Assembly: GCA_951406725.2 (NCBI GenBank)
Contig: OX597819.1
Span: forward strand, 109,430,001 to 109,494,000
From: Octopus vulgaris
Taxonomy: Eukaryota
Direction: 5' to 3'
Length of the DNA stretch: 64,000 bases
Under the pieces are notes generated by a model, which was not told where the DNA came from, ran no database searches, and worked only from the letters and a program-made list of their open reading frames with translations. Each line of letters starts with the position of its first letter. The stretch's first letter is position 1. Both the position numbers and the translations under genes were made by a program. Of this stretch, positions 25,300 through 37,320 are shown piece after piece.

Positions 25300-27082
25300 T
25301 CTATAGCAGATGTGATAATGTGAAAGTCCCATCAGTGGATGTATAATATAGTGGCAGCTATAACATTGAAACTATTTCATTAACTGTATATTATTTTGAT
25401 GATGACTATAACGTAGAAGATCCATTATTAAATGTATATTATGGTGATGGCTATAGCTTAGAAGCGCCATCATTTCTGTAAATTATTTTGGTGAGGGCTA
25501 GAAGTTAGAAGCCTAATCAGTGGAAGTATATAATGGTGGAAGCTATAGCGTAGAAAAAATACCGTCATTGATTGTGTATTATGATGATGATTATAGCGTA
25601 GAAGCGCCATCATTAGGTGTACAGGGTACGTAAATTATTTGAGGACGTACCTTTTTTGCGTCATTGCTGCATGTTTTGCTAACTCTGTATAATCTTTGTT
25701 TCAGAAAATAATAATGGCGCATCCCCAGCTTACTCAAGAAATGAAGAGGCATGCTGTTATTGTGGTTATAAAGGCTGAACATAACGATTTAGAAATATCT
25801 CGAGTTTTAAAAGTTGCTAGATCTTTCGTCTACAAAGTTTGTAAGGAGTTAGAGACTGAAGACGGAAACGTATCACCAGTATCAAAGCATTCTAAACGCT
25901 TTGAAATCATTAGAACACTTGAATTTATCCAGCAAGTTCACCAGACCATTGATTGCAGTCCAGGAAAGTTCATGAGGTCATTTGCAAAAAAAAAAAAAAC
26001 CACGTGTCAGAAGGAACAGTCAGATATATTGTCAACGAAGACATCAGATATAAGTCTTATATGATGAGGAAAGGTCAATTTGTCAGAGAAAGCAAAAGAA
26101 AAAATCAATATATCAGATCTAAAGGGCTTTGAAACAAACTGAAAAATCCAGCAGAAGATTTGATTTTTTCTTTTCAAACGAGAAAAACTTAGATCAAAAA
26201 GTTAACAGAAGAAATGACAGATGGTTATGTGCGGACCCTTCTGAAGTTCCAAGTGTTATGCAAATAAAATTTCCTGCAATTGTTATGGTTTTAGGAGTTG
26301 TCAGCAACGAAGGACATGTGATGCTTCCTTACTTCTTTCCATAAGGCCTTAGAGTTAACTCTGCCGCCTACATTGAAGTCCTGGAAATAATTGTTAAACC
26401 CTGGATAGGCCATATATGTTTCAGTAAGACTCTGCACTATCACACATGGCTCTAGTAACAACGGAAAGGATGGCTGTAAATTTTCATGATCACATAAGCC
26501 CTAACATTTGGCCTCCTAATTCCTCAGATCTCAATCAATTGTTGAGAGAGAGGTCAATGAACACACCCATAACACCAAAGGTTCTTTGAAAGCTGCCATA
26601 GTGAGAGTAATATCGAAAATGAACCAGGACCACTTGATTCAAAAATTTAGATGACTTACATCTCATATAGAAGCAGTTGTTGAAGCTGAAGGTGGCTTTA
26701 TTGAATAACATCATAGAAAAGAAGGTATATTTTTATCCTCATAGCATTTTTTGATATATAAAGTTATTATGTTATGATATATGTTTTTTTTATATCAACA
26801 TAAATCTGTCCTCAAATATCTTACACACCCTGTATATTAATATGATGACTATAGAGTAGAAGCTCCATTATTGACTGTATATTATTATGATGACGGTTAT
26901 AGACTATAGCATAGAAACTCCATCATTGGATGTATATTATGGTGGTAGCTATAGCGTAGTAACCCCATCATTGGATTTATTATATTGTGGTAGCTATTGC
27001 GTAGAAGTCCCATCATTAGTTGTATATTTTGATGATAGTTATAGCGTAGAAGCTGCATCATTGACTTCACATTATGGTGGTT
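25300..27082. repeat. Degenerate minisatellite of about 45 bp (gctatagcgtagaagcgccatcattggatgtatattatggtg...), interrupted by a DNA transposon
   Basis: Units visible at 25300-25620 and 26833-27082, with 45-bp spacing (for example 26947 to 26992). Confidence 0.85.
25622..26832 (+). mobile_element. Tc1/mariner-superfamily transposon (maT/DD37D-like), decayed full-length copy
   Basis: TIRs cagggtacgtaaattatttgaggac and gtcctcaaatatcttacacaccctg, with TA on both sides. Transposase fragments: an N-terminal HTH, FFSNEKN...NRRNDRW, VMVLGVVS and WPPNSSDLN. Confidence 0.9.
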
Positions 27083-27383
27083 GACACGGTTTGAATATTA
27101 TCGTCATTGTACCCCTACAATGAACGCTGGTGATATACATCTCGGCACAGTGTTTGTTTTCTGAAGTATTAATAATGTTATTGTTTTTCTGAACATAAGA
27201 TAAGAAATACAGTTTAGCTACGTGCTGTAATGATATTTGAAGATTTGTTGAGTGTACAGTTATTGTTTTGAGGGTGTAGGCATGGACTATAAACCTACTC
27301 GCCCGCCTACCTACGTGGCATAAATGGCGAAAAGAGTTCTTGGGCTGACCTGTGACTAAGCGACATACGCATTTACATATTTA

Positions 27384-28320
27384 ATCATCATCATCATCAT
27401 CATTGTTCGACCGTGGTCGAGACAATGGAATTTACTATGCTACGCCAGACTTCACGGTCCATCATGGCATTACGGAGGTCCTGTTGCTGGATGCCTGTAT
27501 CCCTAGAGATTACATCAGGGTAGGAGAGTGTGCGCCCTCTGGCATTGCGAGTAGATGGCTTCCAGAGGAAGAGAGTAGAAATTACCTCTTTTTCAGTTCT
27601 ACAACAATGTCCAGCAAACTGGACTCTCCCACCTTTCACAAGAGATGACACAGGTGGTAGTTTCCCATATATTTGCATTTTGGTTGGATGGCGCCTCCAC
27701 GAGAGATTTTGAGCTCTCATAAGGAGGCGAGTGTAGGTTCCATCCAACCGCCTCTCAAGCTTCTTTGATAACGTCCAGGTTTCTGAGCCATATAGTAGAA
27801 TTGGTTCGACTGTGGCTTTGAAGATTTCAAGTTTGAAGTCTCTACTTAGATTTGATGACCAGATCTTATGCTTGTCATTACAGGCTGACCAGGCCATACC
27901 CTTTCTAGTTAGAAAGTCTTTTCCAGATGATGATATGTATGACCCAAGATATTTGTAATCAGAAACCATATTTAAGGGCGCATTGTTGAGAGAATGGATG
28001 ATGCAATCACTGTTGGACAGGCACTTGTTTATATATTCAATCTTGGCCTCATTGAGGTAAAGACCTACACAATTTGAGGCTTGTTCGAGAGATTGTAAAA
28101 GAGACTGGGCATTGGAGAGAGAATCACTGATAAGAGCGATGTCGTCAGCTATGTCAGTGTCTGTCAAGTATTCAGCTGGGTGTCTGGAACTTCTTCTTGG
28201 TTTTATTTCAAAGCCCTTGCCAGAGATGGTATCAACTGACATACGTAGCACATAGTCAACGACAATGATGAAAAGAAATGGGGCGAGTGTGTCTCCCTGC
28301 AGTATTCCGGCTAAGCATAC
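27384..28320 (-). mobile_element. 5'-truncated RTE-clade LINE with (TGA)n tail
   Basis: ORF 27400-28332 has GILQGDTLAPFLF, IADDIALI, YKYLGSYI, ILLYGSETW and MDREVW. The tail (atc)n starts at the stop codon. Confidence 0.92.
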
Positions 28321-28332
28321 AAATGCACTCAA
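27400..28332 (-). CDS. RTE-like reverse transcriptase C-terminal fragment (5'-truncated copy; open frame, probably not expressed)
   Basis: 310-aa open frame with RT motifs QGD and xADD. Confidence 0.75.
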   Translation of the reverse strand: MSAFVCLAGILQGDTLAPFLFIIVVDYVLRMSVDTISGKGFEIKPRRSSRHPAEYLTDTDIADDIALISDSLSNAQSLLQSLEQASNCVGLYLNEAKIEYINKCLSNSDCIIHSLNNAPLNMVSDYKYLGSYISSSGKDFLTRKGMAWSACNDKHKIWSSNLSRDFKLEIFKATVEPILLYGSETWTLSKKLERRLDGTYTRLLMRAQNLSWRRHPTKMQIYGKLPPVSSLVKGGRVQFAGHCCRTEKEVISTLFLWKPSTRNARGRTLSYPDVISRDTGIQQQDLRNAMMDREVWRSIVNSIVSTTVEQ

Positions 28333-28839
28333 AGTTCATCCATAGGCAGTAAGCTGGCAGTGTTGTTAGAACATCGGATACAATGCTTGGCGATATTCGT
28401 TCTGACTTCCTGAGCTTTGAGTTGTAATCTTGCCGAAGTCAATTTTTATCATTCATCATTTTGGAGGTCGATAATGAATTACTAGTACTGGAGTAGACAC
28501 TTCTTATCTCTTCCTCTATCTCATAATGAGGTTCTCTGGAAGAAATCAGTTGTGTTCTGACTCGGAAATTCGTGGACTCTACCTGAAATATCGTATTGTA
28601 TATCATGAGATACAACTACAGCTCAATCAAGGCTTGAATTCCAGATATAAGCCATACATATGCACAAGAACACATATACGTATATCAGAATATATGCATA
28701 ATCATATCCTAGATGATATCGTCACAGTTAGTTATGTATCTCCTGCATCCACTTCAGTAACCTTCTGGAATTTTCTCTACACTATTCTTTTGCGAGCGGA
28801 CATTGACTGACAGATGTACATTAACCGCATCAGTCTCAT

Positions 28840-29278
28840 CAGTTTGGTAGTGATGGTATTGTGTGATGGTGGTGGTTTTTCGTGGTGTTGCTGTTGCATG
28901 GTGATGGTGGTAGTGGTGGCTTTGGTGGTATCTAATGGTGTTTGTATTGTTTTGTGGTGGCGATGTCGAAGGTGGAGCTATGTACGTGGTATTGGTGACG
29001 ATGGTATTGTATGACGGTGGTATTGAGGAAGGACAGTGTCGTGTGGTGATGTTGGTATTGTTGTTGCTTATCGTGGTGTTAATGGTTGTGTTGATGATGT
29101 TTCTATTGCTGATGGCTATCTTGATGGTTGGTGTTGGTGGTAATGGTCGAGTGGTTGAGGTGTTGATGGCAGCGGCGTTGATGGCGTTGTTGTTATTGTT
29201 GCTGCTGATGGGGGTCTTGATGGTTGGTGTTGATGGCAGTCTTGAAACTATGTCGGTAGTTGTTGTTGATGTTGATGC

Positions 29279-29309
<31 letters not shown>

Positions 29310-29340
29310 GCTAGTGGTGGTGTTGATGGTTGTTGTTTGT
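28840..29340. repeat. (GTT/GGT/GAT)n low-complexity tract with an internal duplication (tcttgatggttggtgttg)
   Basis: Directly visible; the ORFs here are compositional artefacts. Confidence 0.85.
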
Positions 29341-29979
29341 GATAAAGAAAATGATAAACTGCAGACGACCACAGGAGATCAATACTGGTATTTTGGGAAG
29401 GAAACGAAGGAACGAAGTATGATGTGTGAGGGAAATACAAGAGATGGAGGGATGATTTGAAGAAAAAAATGAAAGAGAAGGAAGAGAGAAAAAGAAATCA
29501 CCTGAAGACTGCATCACCAAGGCAACAAATACACTATAGCTATTGCATTCTGCGCCAATCGATTTATCGATGAAGTAAACTAGCAGTTGCACTCTGAAGT
29601 GAAACAGCAACGCCGTCTGCTCTTAGCGTGTTAATATGTTTAATCTATCGTGACGGTTTAACCGAGCTGCAAAGTTCTGTGGTTGTGGTGATGTTCGTGG
29701 TGGTATAGTGACGGGTGGAGATTTTGTTGCGAGCTATGATGGGTGGTGGCGTTATGATGATGATGATATTGATGTAGTGGTAGTTTTGAGGCGATGTTAG
29801 TGGTGTTGTGTCAATGATCTAGAGGACATGGTGGTGGTATTGTAGATATGGTCTTAGATATATGGTATTGTAGATATGGTAGTGGTGGTGGTGGTTTTGT
29901 GGTGATGATCTTGGGGCAATGGTGGAATGCTACCATGACCCTTTATAGGTCTCCGGGACTGGTGGGGAAGAAGTTACCT

Positions 29980-30362
29980 TCAACACTAGAGCCATATCTA
30001 GGGCCAACACTAGAGCCATATCTAGGGCCAACACTAGAGCCAGCACTAGGGTCAGCACTAGGGCCAGCACCAGGGCCAGCACTTGGATGGCACTAGGGTT
30101 CGCACTAGGACCAGCACTAGGGCCAGCACTAGGGTCAGCACAGGGCCAGCACTAGGGCCAGCACTTGAACCAGCACTAGGGCCAGCACTAGGGCCAGCAC
30201 TTGGACCAGCACTAGGGTCAGCACCAGGGCCAGCACTTGGACCAGCACTAGGGTCAGCACTAGGACCAGCACTAGGGAAAGCACTAGGATCAGCACAGGG
30301 CCAGCACTAGGGCCAGCACTTAAACCAGCACTTCGACCAGCACTAAGGCCAACACTAGAGTC
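29980..30362. repeat. GC-rich 12-bp minisatellite (AGCACTAGGGCC)n, about 30 units
   Basis: Directly visible, with variants agcacttggacc, agcaccagggcc and aacactagagcc. Confidence 0.95.
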
Positions 30363-30779
30363 AGCTCTTTGGTTTGAGGATACCTTCTCTATCTTCTACC
30401 TACCAGTTTCGATATCCTGCGAAAAGCCATGAATGATGCATTCTTTCCTGGTTAAAAGATAAAATATTGGGACCAAAAATATGGGTTAAACCTTATAACA
30501 AGAAAAGGGAATTAGAGTGGTTTCTACAGGCGTGCAGTGGAATGAGAACGAACCCAGCACTACAGCTAACAACTAACGAACAGCTTGTGTATTTGACGGT
30601 GCCATTACATGTTGCTCTTAACCTGTGGCACCTGTTTCAACTGAGTGAACTGAGCTATTTAAGAGATAATTATAGCATATGCATACATAATACCTACCTA
30701 CCTACCTACCTACCTACCTACCTACCTACATACATACATACATATGTACGTATAAATGTAAAATATCGATTATGCTATT

Positions 30780-31330
30780 CCAATGAGGAAGATCTCTTAT
30801 TATAAACAACTGCCCCAAAATATCCGCAATACACTACCTTCCCATGAGACATAATGCTGTTTCCAATTTTATTTGCAATACTATTCACAGGAAGGAGTGT
30901 CTTGATGGTCATACCAAAGGCATGAAACTCAGGACCAGGACCAGAATGTAACCACACAAATGAATACTGGTGGAATATTCCAATAACAATAGACCTGTCA
31001 TCGTTTTATGGGAAGGAAACAAAAGTAAAACGTTGTAGAGGTCAGCTTCCCTGCAGGTTTGACTGTCTTGTTTTAAAGTCACAGGAAAAGATTATGTCTA
31101 TGGTGTACCATTGCGAAATTGACAGCTCTTGTAATCTGGCTATAGGCTTTTATTTGTACTTCTTACCTTCCATATGCATGAACAAATTTTCATAAAAACC
31201 TGGATATGCCGAGATATTTCAAGCTCGAACAAAGGAAACTTAAAGTCATTCAAACGCAATCGATTAGTGGTTTACTGAAAGTTTATAAAACATTCTTAAA
31301 GATTCTTTATTTGACAGAATCTTGGAATAT
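30780..31330 (+). mobile_element. R4/Dong-like (RLE) LINE 3' fossil
   Basis: Fragments RHNAVS, EYWWNIP, NNRPVIVLWE and VVEVSFP match the CCHC/PD..D/ExK restriction-like endonuclease region. Confidence 0.65.
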
Positions 31331-31554
31331 ATATTCGATGATATGTTACACACACATGTAAAGAGTATTCAAAAATGCAATCGTATATTAAAGAGACATG
31401 TATACTCATAGCACGAGTGCAAACATATCTACATATACATACCTACACTTATGCACACATTAACTCACTCACATATTCACGACTTCTTGGAATTGTCTTG
31501 ACTCAAACAAAAGGTCCCGATCACACTGTTCGTCTCAACCTAAATCAGTAACAA

Positions 31555-32470
31555 AAACGGAAAGCTGATGACAACTGTGGTGAACAACCATAAACGGAGA
31601 TATTGATAGCAGACATGATAACCGTGATGGACAACCATAAGCGGAGATATTCTTTTCTACTCTAGTCACAAGGCTCGAAATTTTTGGGGATGGGGCCAGT
31701 CGATTAGATCAACCCCAGTACGCAACTGATACTTAATTTATCGACCTCGAAGGGATGAAAGGCAAAGTCGACCTCGACAAAATTCGAACTCAGAATACAA
31801 AGACAGACGAAATACCGCTAAGTATTTCTCCCGGCGTGCTAACGTTTCTTATTTCTTTACTGCCCACAAGGAGCTACACAGAGAGAGGAAAAACAAGGAC
31901 AGACAAACGGATTAAGTCGATTATATTGACCCCATTGCGTAACTGATACTTATTTAATCGACCCCGAAAGGATGAAAGACAAAGTCGAACTCGGCGGAAT
32001 TTGAATTCAGAACGTAGCAGCAAACGAAATACCTATTTCTTTACTACCCACAAGGGCTAAACACAGAGGGGACAAACAAGGACAGACAAACGGATTAAGT
32101 CGATTACATCGACCCCAGTGCATAACTGGTACTTAATTTATCGACTCCGAAAGGATGAAAGGCAAAGTGGACCTCGGCGGAATTTGAACTCAGAACGTAA
32201 CGGCAGACGAAATACCGCTAAGTATTTCGCCCGGCGTGCTAACGTTTCTGCCAACTCGCCGTCTTCATACGCGGAAATATTGATGGTACAAAAGTGAATT
32301 ATGGTGAACAACCATAAACTGACATATTAATGGCACAGAGGTCCGCCACAATGAATAACCATAAACGGACATAATGATGACACAGAAGTCAACTGCAATG
32401 AACAAACATAAACGAACCTAGAGATGGCACATACATCAATTGTATTGAAAAGCAACCATAAACCGGACGT
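31555..32470. repeat. Degenerate tandem repeat of roughly 40-45 bp (acaaccataaacggagatattgatggcacag...), split by a SINE B multimer
   Basis: Units at 31555-31650 and 32265-32470. Confidence 0.7.
31650..32263 (-). mobile_element. SINE family B trimer
   Basis: Three head-to-tail units with B box and Nin/Deu-like domain; junctions near 32030 and 31848. Confidence 0.9.
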
Positions 32471-32479
32471 CTCTTATAA

Positions 32480-33580
32480 ATAATGAAGACTATCTCTTGT
32501 CTGGATGCTCAAAGCCGATCTGAATGGGACAATAGAAAGAACATTAGCGATTCAATAGCAAGCCGTGACAACTACACATATTAAAGATAATATCCTCAAT
32601 TACAATATAAATGACAAATAAAGACTGTGTGGAGCATTTGCTAAGACAATACTCTATATTATATCTGGATGCTCTCCAGCTGCACCAAAATACACTTCAA
32701 GATACAAATCCGTAGCAAAGCTACTGTGACAGCTGCTCCAAGAATAAGTTCTCTGGTACTGATATGAATCTTCGACTGATTTAAAAAAAAAAAAGTAACT
32801 GTAAAGATACTATCAAACTGTAGCATATGGACATATCGCAAGATAGTATATAAAATGTCTCACATTGTTCTCCGAGACAGAAATAACAATGGCGAATTAA
32901 TTATCGATATATCAATACCAGATGACTATAATGCTGTGGAGAAACGAGTTGAAAAGCTAAGAAATTACATTGACTTAGCTGTTGTATGAAAAACATCATA
33001 GCAGTTAAGGAATATGTCTATCCTCACAGCTGGAATGAAACGCAGCCATTTATATACCCACACCAAAAGAAAAAAAATACAAACCATTGGCACATCTTTA
33101 TATATAAAAGTGAGGTTGTGTGCTGTCTGTCTCCTACGATTTAGATTCCTAACTACTCCCACATTTTGCGGTGCAGTTTAACCAAAACCGGGTATCTTAT
33201 AGTCGTGATTCATATCTAGCCCTTCTGGGTATTAGCGCACGTCTACGATGTGTCTACGATTTTAAAAATAATTTACCATCAATTTTTCCCATTTTTAATG
33301 CATTTTTGGCATATATAAGGGAAGTAACTCTCTAAAAATTTATTATTAAATCTCAGAACGTAAAAAGCTACAGTAACAGCCCCCCTCCCTTTGTGGTTAG
33401 CCATATTGAGATGGGTATCATACTTTACATCTCTAAAAATGCTTATATAGTTATTTCCCTTACAAACCCGAGCAACGCCGGGCGATACTGCTAGTTACCT
33501 ATAAACTATTAGGATAAACTTGTATCCGATCCAGAAAATAATAATACTGGGATCTTTGAATATTACGAGGGCCTTTTCTC
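32480..33580 (+). mobile_element. R4/Dong-like RLE LINE 3' fossil, interrupted by a Helitron
   Basis: RLCGAFAKTILYIISGC (zinc knuckle), then HIVLRDRNNNGELIIDISIPDDYNAVEKRVEKLRNYIDLAV (32861-32986). IQKIIILGSLNITR resumes after 33495. Confidence 0.8.
33095..33494 (+). mobile_element. Non-autonomous Helitron (about 400 bp)
   Basis: 5' TC(tttatatataaaag), subterminal hairpin cccgagcaacgccggg and 3' CTAG. Inserted between A and T with no TSD. Confidence 0.88.
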
Positions 33581-33741
33581 ATAAGGGCGTTCTTTATTAT
33601 TTGTTTTTAATCCTGAAGATGCTGGTTATCTTTTAAAATTGCAGTTAACCTTTGGCGTCCTTTTTAACCGAAATACTTGTACGCATGTTTGTCATTGAAC
33701 ATTATCGTCAACTTTGAAACTGTTTGTTAGCCCCGAAAACT

Positions 33742-34205
33742 CTTTTATCTTTTACTAGTTTCAGTCATTAGGTTGCGGCCATGCTGGGGCACCGACTTGA
33801 AGAACTCTAGTCGAACGAATGGACTCCCAGTACTTATTTTTTAAAAACCCCGTTCTTATTCTATCGGTATCTTTTGCCGAACTGCTAAGTTACGGGGACG
33901 TAGACACATCAACACCGGTTTTCAAGTGGGGGCGGAGGACAAACACTGGCAAAGGTACACACTCATAAGCATACACACACATGTATATATATATATATAT
34001 ATATAGGACGGGCTTCTTTTAGTTTCCGTCTACCAAATCCACTCACAAGGCTTTGGTTGGCCCCCGTCTACCAAATCCACTCACAAGGCTTTGGTTGGCC
34101 CCAGGCTATAGTAGAAGACACTTTACCAAGGTTCCACACAGTAGGACTGAACCGGGAACCCTGCGGTTGGGAACCAAACTACTCACCACACAACCACACC
34201 TGCGG
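33742..34205 (-). mobile_element. SINE family A with an internal tandem duplication
   Basis: ccgtctaccaaatccactcacaaggctttggttggccc occurs twice in tandem (about 34026-34102). Confidence 0.85.
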
Positions 34206-34488
34206 TTATGCATATCTTCCAAGATATAAGCAAGTCTTGTTCTAAGAAGAGCAATTGTATTTCGCAAACTTCGAATGATAAGAATAAGGCAGTTGAACCG
34301 AAGACGATGGTCAACAGACATTTCTATTTCACTGCCCGAAAAAATATCCGTTAAAATAATGAAAAATCAAAGCAATATAAAATAAACAAAAATATCGAAA
34401 ATTGTGTAAGGGATGCATTAAGTTATTACAGAAAGTTTTTTGGTTTTTTCCTAACATATGTAATGTCTTGCAAATTTTTACAGCATAT

Positions 34489-34650
34489 GCACAGAAAGTG
34501 GCTGTGTGGTAAGTAGCTTGTTTACCAACCACATATTTCCGGGTTCAATCCCACTGCGTGGCACCTTCGGCAAGTGTCTTCTACTATAGCCTCGGGCCGA
34601 CCAAAGCCTTGTGAGTGGATTTGGTAGACGGAAACTGAAAGAAGCCTGTC

Positions 34651-34719
<69 letters not shown>

Positions 34720-35190
34720 TGGTACATAATTATTGTGGCTTTTTTTCAACAAATTTTATTGAACAAAAACAAAAGCAACATTTAACAAAAACATCTTTAA
34801 ATGATTATTCCGGACCATATTCACCATCTACTTCAATTACGGCTTCCCATTTGCTTGGCAGGCTGTCAGACCGTCATTTAAAGATACCTTTGTTAAATAT
34901 TATTATTGTCTTTGTTGAATAAAATTTGTTGAAAAAAAGACGCAATAATTATGCACCAACTCAATATTTATACATGTATCCGTTTGTGTGCCTGTGTTTG
35001 TCCCCCATCATCGCTTGACAACCGATGTTGGTGTGTTTATGTCCACGTAACTTAGCGGTTCGGCATAAGAGGCCGATAGAATAAGTACTAGACATACAAA
35101 AAAAAATCCTGGGGTCGATTTCTTCGACGGATGGCGGTGCTCTTGCATGGCCACAGTCAAATGACTGAAACAAATAAAGGAATAAAAGAA
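34489..35190 (+). mobile_element. SINE family A with a mariner MITE inserted in its internal (TA)n
   Basis: 5' half at 34489-34652, 3' half at about 34980-35190. Confidence 0.88.
34714..34964 (-). mobile_element. Mariner deletion derivative (MITE) with inverted ends of about 55 bp
   Basis: ggttggtacataattattgtggc...caacaaattttattgaacaaa pairs with tttgttgaataaaatttgttgaaaaaaagacgcaataattatgcaccaac. The minus strand encodes SLPSKWEAVIEVDGEY, a mariner transposase C-terminus. Confidence 0.88.
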
Positions 35191-35199
35191 TATATATAT

Positions 35200-35259
<60 letters not shown>

Positions 35260-35345
35260 TAGGTGACATATACGGGTGGGTATATATTTATAAAAAAGAA
35301 GTTTGAAAACGCCACTATATAAGATAAATTTTAATTTTCTGAGAG

Positions 35346-35393
35346 ATTTTACATGTTTCGGTTCTTCTTGAAAAAACGAACCTTATCAAAAAT
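35346..35393 (-). ncRNA. Type I hammerhead motif with a U3-A8 core variant
   Basis: Minus strand reads auuu-UUGAUAA-GGUUC-(13 nt)-GAACC-GAAAC-AU-GUA-aaau. Confidence 0.6.
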
Positions 35394-35699
35394 ATGTATA
35401 TTTTAAAAGTTAAGTGTAATAAAAGAAAAAAATCATAATTGTTTCTTACTAGTCTCAGCAGAGTCCACGTTGTAGCGTTTTATGTGTGGGAACATAATAA
35501 AAATATAGAATTTAGTTAAAATCGAAGGACTCATTAGTATAATTTTATCCAAAATCTCCAAGAGGATAAGGAGATAGACAAAGAACATGTTTTACCAACA
35601 ACATCACAGTTGTAACTGAGATTTTTTAAAAAAGGCACTGCTTTTCACAGATTTTTTCTGTTATTTAGGTGCCAGAGGAATAATTTTCTATACCACATG

Positions 35700-37105
35700 C
35701 TTATTTTACAGGTAGATCCTACCTCCTAAACGAGACCACCACAACAAGTACATATAAAATCTGGAGAGAAAACAACCCTGATCTACAAGTAACTTCGGAT
35801 CCCAAGAACGAAACTAATTTCAGATGTCTTCTCCAAACCCAAACGATATCAGACATAGAAACAGATTACTCGGAATAAAGAATATATAAGGAAAATACAA
35901 ATAAGTATGAAACAAAGAAAAAGAGAATGAAAATGCTAAAGTTATAAACACTGAGAATGTAAATCATGAAGCTAGATCTGGCACACGCCAGACTAAACAA
36001 CAAAATCAAACTCAAGAATATCCATAGAAAACTGACCAACAAATGTCGAACCAAAACTACACAAACGAAACCATGAATGCAAGGGAATATGAAACAGATT
36101 CGGGAATAAAAACTTCTAAAGATGGAAATTTCGATTATGACAATTATGTAAAGGTAGAAATGGTCAAAGAATTAAAATCGATAGATCTTCTTATGGACTA
36201 AAGAAAGTAACTCTTGAAAATAAAACAACAATAAAATACTGACAACAACAACAACAACAACAACAGCAGCAGCTGCAGCAACAACAGCAACCACCACCAC
36301 CACCACCACCAAGCGTAGACATCTCAGATTTAGTGAAAACAAATGCAAATATCAATATCACTTGAATATATCAAATAAGCTACGCAGTAGCCAGAGTAGT
36401 TACAAAGAAGAGTTGGTATTCCCTGAGAATTTCTGATATATGACGATCTAAAATGAAGCAAACAAGGTGGAAAATAAACACATTGAGAAAAATAGAAAAA
36501 AAAAAGACCATTCTGTCCTTAAGGAAATCAATAACGGAACGATTCGAGTGAAAATAAAAGAGACAAATTCTACAGAAATGAAAGGAAAAAAACCCCAAGA
36601 AATACTCGTAAACAAAGAACGCCTAAAACGTGAAATCCTCATTAATTTGTAAGCAATCCACCATTTTGAAAAATTCAACGATTTGTTTTTAAGCAAAACA
36701 ATTGGTTCAACTCCAAAGCGAAATGATTTTTACCAAGAGCTAGGTAAAATTAAAATAGAAATCAATTCAATGCTAACAGCAAGACAAGTAGAAGTGTTCG
36801 GTTGAGAAGTATGAATAGCGAAGGGATCTCTACAAGTGAGATGTTTAAAACAACAAGTGTAGCAATTGAACATTAACTGGAAGTATTAACAACACGGCAA
36901 ATAGCTCGAATGTGACAAAGCAGAAAATACAAAGAATTAAAAATGTAAATTTCGAGTTAAAATATTTAAAAGGCCCACTGTGGTAGCAGAATTATTAAAG
37001 ATTCAAAAAAAGAAAAAAAAAAAAACAACACTTGAATGGATTACAGAGAACAACATTATCTTCTTAATCCCCAAGACAAAAGAGAAAATCCCAAAGACTA
37101 CATAC
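35700..37105 (+). mobile_element. Decayed R4/Dong-like LINE, N-terminal to the start of RT
   Basis: A-rich sense strand with by-eye remnants YQISYAVARVVT, KQNNWFNSK...FYQEL and EWITENNIIFLIPKTKE (resembling WLTxGxTxLIPK). Confidence 0.55.
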
Positions 37106-37117
37106 AAATATGCTGGT

Positions 37118-37320
37118 TTCAAATTTTGGCACAAGGCCAGCAAGTTCGGGGGAGTGGTTAAATTGATTACATCAACCCCTGCGCTCAACTGATGTTTATT
37201 TTATCGACCCCTAAATGATAAAAGGTAAAGTCGATCTCGGTGGAATTTGAACTCAGAATGTAAAGGCGGACGAAATGCCGCTAAGCATTTTGCGCGGCGT
37301 GCTAACGATTCTGTCTGCTC
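37118..37320 (-). mobile_element. SINE family B
   Basis: ttatcgacccctaaatgataaaaggtaaagtcgatctcggtggaatttgaactcagaatgtaaaggcggacgaaatgccgctaagcattt. Confidence 0.85.

Noticed and set aside
28754-29440. 228-aa Thr/Asn-rich mucin-like ORF
   Set aside because: Derived from trinucleotide low-complexity sequence and open on both strands for compositional reasons.
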